From assembly GCA_038742305.1 (NCBI GenBank), contig JAVYKI010000001.1, positions 1 through 53,876 of the forward strand: a DNA stretch of 53,876 nt. Reading direction: 5' to 3'. The first letter of the stretch is position 1; every line of letters begins with the position of its first letter. Both the position numbers and the translations under genes were made by a program. The notes under the pieces were generated by a model. That model was not told the origin of the DNA. It did no database searches and saw only the letters and a list, made by a program, of their open reading frames with translations. This document shows positions 44,759 to 53,369 of this stretch, piece after piece. This stretch comes from Candidatus Aenigmatarchaeota archaeon. Lineage in GTDB: Archaea; Aenigmatarchaeota; Aenigmatarchaeia; CG10238-14; SpSt-28.

Positions 44759-45697
44759 CTACTCTATAAAGTTTTTAATTATTTTTTCTTTATCGAAAAC
44801 CTCTAAATCTTCATAAGATTGGCCTTTACCTAAAAAAGCGATTGGAACTTTAAATTCGTAAGCAATCGACAAAATATTACCTCCTTTTTCGTTAACATCT
44901 GCTTTAGTAAAAATAACATAATCTATTGGAGCTATTTCATTAAAGAATTTAAACTGGTTAATTACATCGCTTCCAGTTAAAGAATCCATTACAAGTATTT
45001 TTATATCTGGATTGTTTACTCTAACAATTTTTTTAAGCTCTTCCATTAAATTCTTGTTTGTATGACTTCTTCCAGCAGTATCTGCAAGTATTATATCATA
45101 TTTGTTTTCTGCAATTTTTTTAGCTTCATATATTACTGCAGCTGGATCAATTCCATATCCTTTTTCAAAAACATCTACTTTTAATTTTTCTGCATGCTGC
45201 TTTAATTGCTCAATAGAACCTGCTCTAAAAGTATCTGCAGCAACTAGCAAAACTTTATATTTTTTCTTCAAAATATTTGCAAGCTTTGCTATAGTAGTTG
45301 TTTTTCCGCTTCCATTAAATCCAAAGAATAAAATTAAAACCGGTTTTTTAGATTTTTCAATTTTTTCGAAAAAATCTATTTTAAAATTAAGAATTTCTTC
45401 AAGGCTTTTTCTTATAGTTTCTTTTATAATTTTTTCTACTTCCTTCTTTTTTACTTCTTTACCTAATAATTCTTTCTTTAAATCTTCTATTATCTTTTGG
45501 CTTGTAGAATAGCTACAATCGGCTTCTATTAAAGAAGTTTCTAATTCAGATAATATTTCGTTTAAATCTTCTTCCTTTATTTTTGTATACTCTATTTTCT
45601 TTTTTACTTTTTTTACTTCTTCTTTAATTTTTTTACTAATTTTTTCCTTTACATTTTTAAAAAATTCTTTTATCTTTTTCTTAAAAAAAGAAAACAT
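44759..45697 (-). CDS. ftsY: signal recognition particle receptor FtsY
   Basis: GFNGSGKTTTIAKLA, DTAGR and TKADV are the SRP-GTPase motifs. 312 aa. Confidence 0.92.
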   Translation of the reverse strand: MFSFFKKKIKEFFKNVKEKISKKIKEEVKKVKKKIEYTKIKEEDLNEILSELETSLIEADCSYSTSQKIIEDLKKELLGKEVKKKEVEKIIKETIRKSLEEILNFKIDFFEKIEKSKKPVLILFFGFNGSGKTTTIAKLANILKKKYKVLLVAADTFRAGSIEQLKQHAEKLKVDVFEKGYGIDPAAVIYEAKKIAENKYDIILADTAGRSHTNKNLMEELKKIVRVNNPDIKILVMDSLTGSDVINQFKFFNEIAPIDYVIFTKADVNEKGGNILSIAYEFKVPIAFLGKGQSYEDLEVFDKEKIIKNFIE

Positions 45698-46506
45698 TAA
45701 GCAGGCTTAGAATAATTTTTCCAGATTAAATCAAATACTGGCTTTATTAAATTTTGAGTTACTCTATTGCTTCTTGTCCATAAAGCTACATAACTACTTT
45801 CATGAATTTGTGGCTGAGTCAAATTTATTATTAAATTGTTTTCATCTATTATTGCAAAATCTCCTTCTATTGGAGCATAACTTTTATCTATTATTCTAAC
45901 TTCTCCAAAAGCTTTAAGCATTTCTATTAATTCTTTATCATTTTCATCTCTCAAAACAAACTTCATTTGAACGTTTCTTTCTTTTGCTTTAACAAACAAA
46001 TCTGCAAACCTTTCATAAATTTCTCTTAATACTTCACTTCCAGCAAGTACTTCTAAACTTCTATTAGCAGTTTTAAGCAAAGAAGCAAAATGATTTAAAT
46101 ATGAGAATTTTCCTCTAAGTGTTCCAGTTAAATCTTCTGGACTTACCATTTCCATTCCTTGTTTATAAAGCTTTTTTAGTTCTTCTAATACTGGGCTTGC
46201 CTTTATTTCATCTATTCTTTGCTGCATTTCTCTAATTTTTTCTTCAAACCTTCTCTTCCATCTTTCTAGTGCTTCTTCTGGCTCAACAGCAATAAATCTT
46301 ACTGGCCTACCTTGCTGAATTATAACAAAGCCTTTATCTGCTAAGCTTTCTAAAGTATCATATGTTCTAGACCTAGGAACTTTTGCCAAATCAGCAAGTT
46401 CTCCAGCTGTAGCGGAACCTTTCATTAAAAGAGCTACATAAAGGTTTCTTTCATAAAGGTTTAGTCCTATTGATTTCAAAGCATCTAAAACTTTCTGACT
46501 TACCAT
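45697..46506 (-). CDS. TrmB-family transcriptional regulator
   Basis: LNLYERNLYVALLMKGSATAGELADLAKVPRSRTYDTLESLADKGFV is a TrmB-type wHTH, followed by a C-terminal sensor-like domain. Confidence 0.8.
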   Translation of the reverse strand: MVSQKVLDALKSIGLNLYERNLYVALLMKGSATAGELADLAKVPRSRTYDTLESLADKGFVIIQQGRPVRFIAVEPEEALERWKRRFEEKIREMQQRIDEIKASPVLEELKKLYKQGMEMVSPEDLTGTLRGKFSYLNHFASLLKTANRSLEVLAGSEVLREIYERFADLFVKAKERNVQMKFVLRDENDKELIEMLKAFGEVRIIDKSYAPIEGDFAIIDENNLIINLTQPQIHESSYVALWTRSNRVTQNLIKPVFDLIWKNYSKPA

Positions 46507-46526
46507 ATAAATCCTAATAATTTAAA

Positions 46527-46898
46527 TTATTTATTCTTTATTTCAGTTTCCAATTTTTTCAAATAATCGTATAATATTTGAATATTTTCATTAGTTTCTT
46601 GAATTTCCTTTTCTACATCTTGCTTTCTTTTATTAAGTATTTCTAAAGCTTCTTCTAAACTTTTTTCTAAAAATATTCCAGCTCCTATATTTACTAAAAA
46701 CTTTTTTTCTTGTAAATTAATTCTTGCAAAAATGTTGTTGCCCAAATCTACATAGAAATCATTAGTTTGCTTGCAAAGTTCTAAACTTTCTATTGTATTA
46801 ATTATTTCTTCGTAATATTTTTTCAAAGTTTCTAAATATTCTAATAAATTTCTAAGCTGCTGATGAAAATACTGATATTCTAATACTTTTTTGTCCAT
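46527..46898 (-). CDS. pfdA: prefoldin alpha subunit
   Basis: Coiled coil, beta-hairpin region (FLVNIGAGIFLEKSLEEA), coiled coil. Lies upstream of ftsY, as in many archaea. Confidence 0.6.
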   Translation of the reverse strand: MDKKVLEYQYFHQQLRNLLEYLETLKKYYEEIINTIESLELCKQTNDFYVDLGNNIFARINLQEKKFLVNIGAGIFLEKSLEEALEILNKRKQDVEKEIQETNENIQILYDYLKKLETEIKNK

Positions 46899-46923
46899 TA
46901 ATTAATATTTAGTTAATTAATAA

Positions 46924-48126
46924 ATGGAGGAAGAAAAAATAAAGCTGAAAAAAATAATTAAGGAATTGGAAAATGTTAGGGGCAGAAGGACTGAGCTTAT
47001 TTCTTATTATTTACCTCCAAACTATGATATAAATGCTGCTATTAATCAAATTGCTGCAGAAATTTCTACTGCTAAAAATATTAAATCTGACCAAACAAGA
47101 AATAATGTTTTAGATGCATTAGATAAAATAGCTAATGCATTAAAAAATATTAGGAAAATTGGACCAAACGGTTTAGCAATATTTTGCGGAAATGTTAGCC
47201 AGCAAGAAGGAAGAACTGATATAAGAATTTGGATAATAGAGCCTCCAGAGCCTTTAAATGTAAAGCTTTATCATTGCGACCAAGAATTTGTTCTTGAACC
47301 TTTAAAAGAGCTTTTAAAAGAAAAAGATGTTTATGGATTAATTGTACTAGATGCAAAAGAAGCAACTATAGGAATTCTTAGAGGAAAAAATATTATTCCT
47401 GTTTTTAATAAAGAATCTGATGTTCCAAGCAAAACAAGCAAAGGTGGCTGGAGCCAGCAAAGGTATAAAAGAATAAGAGAGCAAGCTTTAGATGAATGGT
47501 TAAAGAAAATTGGAGAAAAAGCTTCTCAAATATTTTTGCAAGAAAATGTTAAAGGAATAATAATTGGTGGTCCAGGTCCAACAAAAGAAGAATTTGTAAA
47601 CGGAGATTATTTAGATTATAGGTTAAAAAATAAAGTAATTGCTGTAAAGGATGTTGGATATACAGATGAGTATGGCTTAGAAGAACTAGTTAAAAGAAGT
47701 CAAGATGTTTTGCAAGAAGCTTCTATTACAAAAGAAAAAAATATTTTAAACGATTTTTTTGCAAAAATTGCTAAAAATGAAAATGTTGTTTATGGTTATT
47801 CAAATACAATTAAATATTTAGAAAGTGGAGCATTAGAAAAGCTTTTAATTTCTGAAGATTTTGATTTTGGAAAAATAAAGCTTAAATGTAATAATTGTGG
47901 ATATGAAAAAGAAGTTGAAGGTTATTTAAGCAGAATAGATAAAACTTGCGATAATTGTAAAGCGCAAATGGAAGTTATAAGTTTTGAAAATTACGATGAA
48001 AAAATAGTTGAATCTGCAAATTCTTTCGGAACTGAAGTAATTTTTATTTCTACTTCTACTCCTGAAGGAAAACAATTTTATAATTTAGGAGCTATTGGAG
48101 GGTTTGCAAGGTTTAGATTAGATTAA
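46924..48126 (+). CDS. prf1: peptide chain release factor aRF1 family, GGQ motif reads GGW
   Basis: NIKS (TAKNIKS), YxCxxxF (YHCDQEF), and VPSKTSKGGWSQQRYKRIRE at the GGQ position. Trp codon TGG at 47449-47451. CxxC...CxxC insert in the C-domain. Confidence 0.85.
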   Translation: MEEEKIKLKKIIKELENVRGRRTELISYYLPPNYDINAAINQIAAEISTAKNIKSDQTRNNVLDALDKIANALKNIRKIGPNGLAIFCGNVSQQEGRTDIRIWIIEPPEPLNVKLYHCDQEFVLEPLKELLKEKDVYGLIVLDAKEATIGILRGKNIIPVFNKESDVPSKTSKGGWSQQRYKRIREQALDEWLKKIGEKASQIFLQENVKGIIIGGPGPTKEEFVNGDYLDYRLKNKVIAVKDVGYTDEYGLEELVKRSQDVLQEASITKEKNILNDFFAKIAKNENVVYGYSNTIKYLESGALEKLLISEDFDFGKIKLKCNNCGYEKEVEGYLSRIDKTCDNCKAQMEVISFENYDEKIVESANSFGTEVIFISTSTPEGKQFYNLGAIGGFARFRLD

Positions 48127-48877
48127 AAAACTTTAAAGTATTTTCATCTATAATACTTTCTACTTTTTCAAAACTTAAATTTTTTAGTTTTGAAATTTCT
48201 TCTATTACAATTTTAACGTTAATCGGCTCATTAAATTCAGAATTTATAGCGCACCAAGGCGAATCTGTTTCGCTTAATAAAAATTCAAGAGGAATTTCTT
48301 TTGCAACAGCCTTTATTGCATTATTTTTTGCAATATAACTATTTATTCCAATAAAATAGCCTTCTTTTATTATTTCCTTTGCAAGTTTAACTTTTCCATC
48401 GTAATAATGAAAAACAGCATTTTTTATATCATTATCAATAATTATTTTTAAAACTTCTTTTATTGCATTTCTAGCATGCAAAACTATTGGCAACTTTAGC
48501 TCTTTTGCAAAGTTTAGCATTTCTACAAAAACTTCTTTTGATTTTTCAATTTTATTATTTTCTTTTATCCAATAAAAATCCAAACCAATTTCTCCAATAG
48601 CAATTATTTTATCCCTATTTTCTTTAATTTTTTCCATGTAATTTTCTAATTCTTTTTCTTTTACTTCTAAACTATCTATTGGATGTAAGCCAGCAGAAAT
48701 GTAAACAAAATCTGGATATTTTTCTTTTAAGCTTATTGCTCTTTCAAAATCTTCAATGCTAGCAACAGAATCTATTATTAACTTTAAATGTTTTCTATAT
48801 TCCTCTATTCTATTCCTTAAAGGATTTTCTTTTCCTTTAAATTCCTTTACGCTTAAATGGCAATGATAATCTATCAT
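48113..48877 (-). CDS. TatD-family metal-dependent hydrolase
   Basis: MIDYHCHL start, IGEIGLD, VLHARNA, FHYYDG and ETDSPW motifs. Start moved from the track's GTG at 48907 to the ATG at 48877. Confidence 0.8.
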   Translation of the reverse strand: MIDYHCHLSVKEFKGKENPLRNRIEEYRKHLKLIIDSVASIEDFERAISLKEKYPDFVYISAGLHPIDSLEVKEKELENYMEKIKENRDKIIAIGEIGLDFYWIKENNKIEKSKEVFVEMLNFAKELKLPIVLHARNAIKEVLKIIIDNDIKNAVFHYYDGKVKLAKEIIKEGYFIGINSYIAKNNAIKAVAKEIPLEFLLSETDSPWCAINSEFNEPINVKIVIEEISKLKNLSFEKVESIIDENTLKFFNLI

Positions 48878-48901
48878 AAAATAAAAAATAAATTTATTAT
48901 T

Positions 48902-48968
48902 GCCCACCTCGTGCTTCTGGCTTCAAAGCTCGCTTGACTCATAGCTAGCCAGAGGCTGGCGAGTGGGC
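48902..48968. other. isolated GC-rich extended hairpin, candidate structured RNA or REP-like element
   Basis: GCCCAC(C)TCG...CGAGTGGGC closes the element. Inside, CTTCTGGCT pairs with AGCCAGAGG (one G-T pair on the plus strand). Composition contrasts sharply with the AT-rich flanks. No tRNA T-loop and no C/D or ACA boxes. Confidence 0.35.
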
Positions 48969-48972
48969 ATAA

Positions 48973-49368
48973 CTATAATTTTAATTTTTTTAGGACAAAT
49001 TCTTTTACTTTTTCTGCAATTTCTATTGCTTCTTTTGCTTCCTGCTCTGAAATAACTTCGCTAAACTTAGCATCATATCTAGCTAAAACTGCATAACTAG
49101 AAATTTTATCTATTTCTTTTAAACCTTCTAAACTTTCGAAATCTTTATCCAATTTTTTACATTCTTTAATTAAGAATCTTAAATTATGTGTTTTATGTTT
49201 TTTAGGATTAAAGACATTCTTTTCTGTTAAAAAGGCTTTAAGAAATAATTCTATAGCTTGCTGAGCCAAAAAACAAGAAATTCTATTTACACCTATTTCT
49301 AAAACCTTTTTTGCAGAAACTAAATTATCTTCAGCTAACTTTATAATCTCTTCTGTATCTTTCTTCAT
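48973..49368 (-). CDS. HEPN domain protein
   Basis: AQQAIELFLKAFL...HKTHNL...LARYDAKF. Lies directly downstream of the MNT gene. Confidence 0.7.
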   Translation of the reverse strand: MKKDTEEIIKLAEDNLVSAKKVLEIGVNRISCFLAQQAIELFLKAFLTEKNVFNPKKHKTHNLRFLIKECKKLDKDFESLEGLKEIDKISSYAVLARYDAKFSEVISEQEAKEAIEIAEKVKEFVLKKLKL

Positions 49369-49695
49369 TTAAATTATTATTCCCTCCTTATTTGCCCAAA
49401 AATATATAAAGCCTTTATATTTTTTTCTTTTTTCAAACTCATTTTTATCTATTACTAAAATTTCAATCGGAGCCTCTATTTTTTCAGTTAAATTTTTTGA
49501 TAAATTAGAATAAAAATCCCAATATTTTTCCTTTTCTAATTTTTCTTTTGTAATAATTAATAAATCGTAATCTGAATCTTCTCTGTAATCACCTCTTGCT
49601 CTTGAACCAAATAGTATTATTTTATATATTTCAATATTCATTTCTTTTGCTATGTTTAGAATTATTTCTTTTATTTTTCGCAAATTCTCATCCAT
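49369..49695 (-). CDS. minimal nucleotidyltransferase (MNT)
   Basis: IILFGSRARGDYREDSDYDLLIIT. 108 aa. Confidence 0.75.
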   Translation of the reverse strand: MDENLRKIKEIILNIAKEMNIEIYKIILFGSRARGDYREDSDYDLLIITKEKLEKEKYWDFYSNLSKNLTEKIEAPIEILVIDKNEFEKRKKYKGFIYFWANKEGIII

Positions 49696-49907
49696 AAAAT
49701 ATTTAGAGAAACTTAATTTTAAACGTTTTAACTATTCAAATAAATTTTATTTTGAATAAAAATTGTTAAAAATTAATAGAACTTTCGTTGTTATTTGTGA
49801 TATGAGTTTTATAAATTTTTTACTTATTAGTTAAAGGTATAATATCTTTCGAATAATTAAAAAATTTATAAACTTTTTATGTTTGATGTTAATACTATTT
49901 TAAATCT

Positions 49908-50945
49908 CTAACAATTACTTATAGTTATATTTATTCTCTGAGTTTGAAAAATTTCTTCGCTTCCTAATGTATAAGTTGGTTCTGGAGAAGTGTATTTTCT
50001 AACTAAAACCCAATCTATATATCTACTACTACCAGCCCATTCACCAAGATAAATATGAGAAAAAGAATTAAAAGTAGTATCACTTGCTGAAAGTTTTAAA
50101 ATACCATCCCTATAAGCATAAAGATTGCTTCCTATCCAAACAAATTCCAACAAATGATATACATTATTTGAATCAGAATCTGAAATAGATGCTAAGTACG
50201 TTTGAGCCCCATTTACCCATTTCCTTATTCTTGAAGTACCACCTCCCCATCCCCACCATGTTACATCATAACCATTATAAGGATGACCATCTGCTAATGT
50301 ATTACCATCAGAAAAACCTATTAATAATGCTTCATCCCAATCATCTGCAAATTCATACAACCTTATTGCATATCCGCTATTATTTGTAGAAACTGGATGA
50401 ACAACTGCAGTTGCTGAATCAGTTGAAGAGAGGTGTAAATGTTTTCTTCCATTTACTAGCCTAACTTTTGCTTCTCCTGTTCCTCCTACTCTTTTTGTTA
50501 TCCAACCACCTTGATTATTTATATCGCTTCCGTCTGCATAGCTTTCAAAATCATCAAAAAAATCAAAAACTAAATCTCCGTTGCTCAAACTATTTGCACT
50601 TGGATTTCCATAATACAAATAAATAGTTTTTGTTCCAGAAGCAGGAATATTAGGAATTTTAATCCAAATTCTTGTATTAGCTGAATTGCATCCACTTTCA
50701 ATCCAATAATTTAATAAAGTTGTTCCATCTGAATCAGTAAATCTAATATCTCCACAATCGCTTTTCATTTTTCCAGCAGAAATTAAACTTGCAGTATCTA
50801 AAGTAATCAATACTTGGTAATCTGTTAAATTTTTCCCACTATTTTCTTTAATTGTTATTGGAATTCTATATTGCCAGCCAGATAGCCAAGATTGAGAAAA
50901 AGTTAAAGAAAACAATAAAAGAATAATTATTAAAACTTTTTTCAT
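49908..50945 (-). CDS. secreted DUF2341 / LamG-like (concanavalin-fold) protein
   Basis: Sec-type signal MKKVLIIILLLFSLTFSQS. WQYRIPITI...LTDYQVLITLD...DIRFTDSDG..LNYWIE..TRIWIKIP..IYLYYGN is the DUF2341 pattern. Confidence 0.6.
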   Translation of the reverse strand: MKKVLIIILLLFSLTFSQSWLSGWQYRIPITIKENSGKNLTDYQVLITLDTASLISAGKMKSDCGDIRFTDSDGTTLLNYWIESGCNSANTRIWIKIPNIPASGTKTIYLYYGNPSANSLSNGDLVFDFFDDFESYADGSDINNQGGWITKRVGGTGEAKVRLVNGRKHLHLSSTDSATAVVHPVSTNNSGYAIRLYEFADDWDEALLIGFSDGNTLADGHPYNGYDVTWWGWGGGTSRIRKWVNGAQTYLASISDSDSNNVYHLLEFVWIGSNLYAYRDGILKLSASDTTFNSFSHIYLGEWAGSSRYIDWVLVRKYTSPEPTYTLGSEEIFQTQRINITISNC

Positions 50946-52087
50946 AATTTAATTAAATTTTTCAAAAAAGGTAAGTATTCGGTTTTTATTTTTTTGGTTG
51001 AGCAATGTAATTTTTCGGCGAGTTCTTTATATTTTGTTTTTTCTTCTTCTCTTTGTTGTTTAGTTTGAGCTAACAATTTTAAAACTGTTGGTGGCTTATA
51101 TTTAGTAAATTTTCTATACATTTCATATTTAGCCAAAGCAACTCCAATTGTCATTAAATCATTCATATAAACTAAAAATCTCCAATTCATTCTACTCATA
51201 ATTCTTTTTCTAAAAATATCCGCTTTACTTAAAGCATCATATGCTTTTGCAACTTCTTCAATTTTTTCATATTCATTAGCTATATTTTCTTCAATCCAAT
51301 AAAATATTTCTTCAGGGTCCATATCTAAATTAACTATGCTCATTTTTGCAGCCATAGGACTTTTTGTTTTAAAAATTATTTTTAATGCATCAAAAATTTG
51401 CTGCTCTCTATCTCTATAACCCAAAATTTCTAAATCTTCTCTTTTTATTTCTTTTTTTCCTCTACAAATAATTTCTAAATCATTAATTGCTCCTCTCAAA
51501 TCGCCATTATTTCTATTTGCAATTTCTCTTACTATAGTTCTATCATATTTTATTCCTTCTTTTTCCAAAATTTCTATTAACTTCTTTTCTATATCAAAAA
51601 CATTTAATCTTTTGAATTCTATCATTTCACAATAATTTCTGAGCTCTTTAAGCTTTGGTTCATAAGGGTCGTTAGCTGTTAAAACAATAGGAAATTTCGA
51701 TTCTTGTATTATTCTTATTAATTCTTTTACTCCTCCAACATCTTCTCTTCCAGCAATTCCATCAACTTCATCGATTAAAAATATTTTTCCTTTTTTAAAA
51801 ATGCTTAAAGTTTTTGAAGCATTGCCTAAAATATTTCTAATTGCTTCATAATTTCTTTTATCACTTGCATTTAATTGAATTAATTCTAAATTATTATCTT
51901 TTGCAAAAGCTTCTACAAAGCAAGTTTTTCCAATTCCTGGAGGACCATAAAGTAATGCAGCTTTTCCGGGCTTCCAGTTTTTATACCATTCAAAAAATTT
52001 TTTCTTTGCTTCTTCTTGATTAATAAACTCTTTCAAACTTTTTGGTCTATACTTTATTATCCACATAATTTTTAATAAATAAAGCAA
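50942..52087 (-). CDS. rfcL: replication factor C large subunit
   Basis: WIIKYRPKSLKEFINQEEAKKKFFEWYKNW, LLYGPPGIGKT, LIDEVDG. The true start is probably the Met at 52066. Confidence 0.85.
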   Translation of the reverse strand: MLYLLKIMWIIKYRPKSLKEFINQEEAKKKFFEWYKNWKPGKAALLYGPPGIGKTCFVEAFAKDNNLELIQLNASDKRNYEAIRNILGNASKTLSIFKKGKIFLIDEVDGIAGREDVGGVKELIRIIQESKFPIVLTANDPYEPKLKELRNYCEMIEFKRLNVFDIEKKLIEILEKEGIKYDRTIVREIANRNNGDLRGAINDLEIICRGKKEIKREDLEILGYRDREQQIFDALKIIFKTKSPMAAKMSIVNLDMDPEEIFYWIEENIANEYEKIEEVAKAYDALSKADIFRKRIMSRMNWRFLVYMNDLMTIGVALAKYEMYRKFTKYKPPTVLKLLAQTKQQREEEKTKYKELAEKLHCSTKKIKTEYLPFLKNLIKL

Positions 52088-53369
52088 AAATTGGTATTAT
52101 TTCTATTCTTCCTAAAAGCATTAAAATAATAAACAAAATTTTTTCTTGTACAGAAATTTCTATGTTTATTATTCCGCTAGAAAAACCTGCTGTTGCTAAA
52201 GAAGATGCAACTTCAAAAATAGATTTTGAAGAGCTATAGTTTAAACTGAAAAATAAAGAGAAAAAGAAGAGAAAAATAAAATAGAGAATAAAATAAACTA
52301 TTGAAAAATTTTCAAGTTTTTCTTCCTTTGCTAATATATAAGCTTTAATTTTTTTAATCAAAAATTTAAAAGTGTTTATTACTCTAATCAATTTAATACC
52401 TCCGCTTGTAGAAATTGCCATTCCTCCAAAAAGCATTATTATCGAGCAATAAAGCAATACAAAATCATTAGCTTTTGAAAAATCTATATAAGAATAGCCA
52501 GTAGTAGATGTTAAAGAAACTGCATGAAAAAAAGAATCGAAAAAATCTAAATTGAGAAAATAATTTAAAACAAATGTAGTAGATAGAATTAAAATAATGT
52601 ACAGAACTATTTCTTTTTTAAGTTTGCTAAGAATAAAAATGCTTATTGAACCTAAAACCATAGAAGTTATAATTATAACTTTTTCTTCGAAAGTTAAAAG
52701 CTGTAAATTATAATGAGAAAAACCTCCAGTAGAGATTCCGCTAATTACTAAGGAAAAAGATTTTAGCAAATCTTTGTTAAAATAAAACATGAGTAAAGAA
52801 AGAATTAGAGCCGATAAAGAGAAATAAATTAAAATTTCTAGAATATTCTTTTTTATTTCTGAATTTACTTTAAAACCTATAATTCTATTGAAAACTCTAC
52901 TAATTTTTTGAGAAGAATAGAGAAAAGTTAAAAAAAGATAAACAATTCCTATCCCACCAATAAATTGAGAAAAAGACCTATAAAGTATTAAAGATTTTGG
53001 TAATTCAGAATTTATAAAGCTGAAGCCTGTAGTTGTATAACCAGAAAAACTTTCAAACAAAGAATTTACTATTTTTTCTTCTAAAGGGTAATCTTTAAAT
53101 ATATCTAAATATAAGTAAGGAATAGAACCTATTAGACCTAAAAATAAAAAAGTTAGTAAAAAAAGAATTAAAGAATCTCTAAAATTTATTTCTTTTCTTT
53201 CGCTTAGTGCATTTAAAGGAAAACCAATTAATATAAAAATTGAAGATGTTAGAAAAAATGCTATTGCTTCTTTTATTTCATTTAAATAAATTGCAATAAA
53301 TGCATTCAACAAAATTAAAATTCCTGAAAATTGTAAAATAAAACCTAAATTTGCTAAAAGATTTTTCAT
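52047..53369 (-). CDS. trkH: TrkH/KtrB-family potassium transporter membrane subunit
   Basis: Four pore-loop-like repeats: SGYTTTGFS, GISTGGFS, TSTTGYS and LATAGFS. 440 aa, polytopic. Confidence 0.8.
   Translation of the reverse strand: MKNLLANLGFILQFSGILILLNAFIAIYLNEIKEAIAFFLTSSIFILIGFPLNALSERKEINFRDSLILFLLTFLFLGLIGSIPYLYLDIFKDYPLEEKIVNSLFESFSGYTTTGFSFINSELPKSLILYRSFSQFIGGIGIVYLFLTFLYSSQKISRVFNRIIGFKVNSEIKKNILEILIYFSLSALILSLLMFYFNKDLLKSFSLVISGISTGGFSHYNLQLLTFEEKVIIITSMVLGSISIFILSKLKKEIVLYIILILSTTFVLNYFLNLDFFDSFFHAVSLTSTTGYSYIDFSKANDFVLLYCSIIMLFGGMAISTSGGIKLIRVINTFKFLIKKIKAYILAKEEKLENFSIVYFILYFIFLFFFSLFFSLNYSSSKSIFEVASSLATAGFSSGIINIEISVQEKILFIILMLLGRIEIIPIFALFIKNYVDNKV

Noticed and set aside
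45102-45512. 136-aa ORF on the plus strand
   Set aside because: Antisense to ftsY, whose GTPase motifs are unambiguous.
48878-48907. GTG-initiated N-terminal extension (MGNNKFIFYF) of the TatD gene
   Set aside because: The GTG lies inside the GC-rich hairpin. TatD proteins normally begin close to the xDxHxH motif, which the ATG at 48877 (MIDYHCHL) provides.
48902-48968. GC-rich hairpin as a tRNA, split-tRNA half or box C/D or H/ACA sRNA
   Set aside because: A 7-bp terminal stem can be drawn on the minus strand, but there is no T-loop (GTTCRANY), the D-loop would be 3 nt, and the total length is about 68 nt. There are no RUGAUGA/CUGA boxes. There is no pseudouridylation pocket or ACA tail. 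Kept only as an unclassified structured element.
50189-52023. Track ORFs 50189..50389(+) and 51841..52023(+)
   Set aside because: Antisense to the DUF2341 and RFC large-subunit genes.
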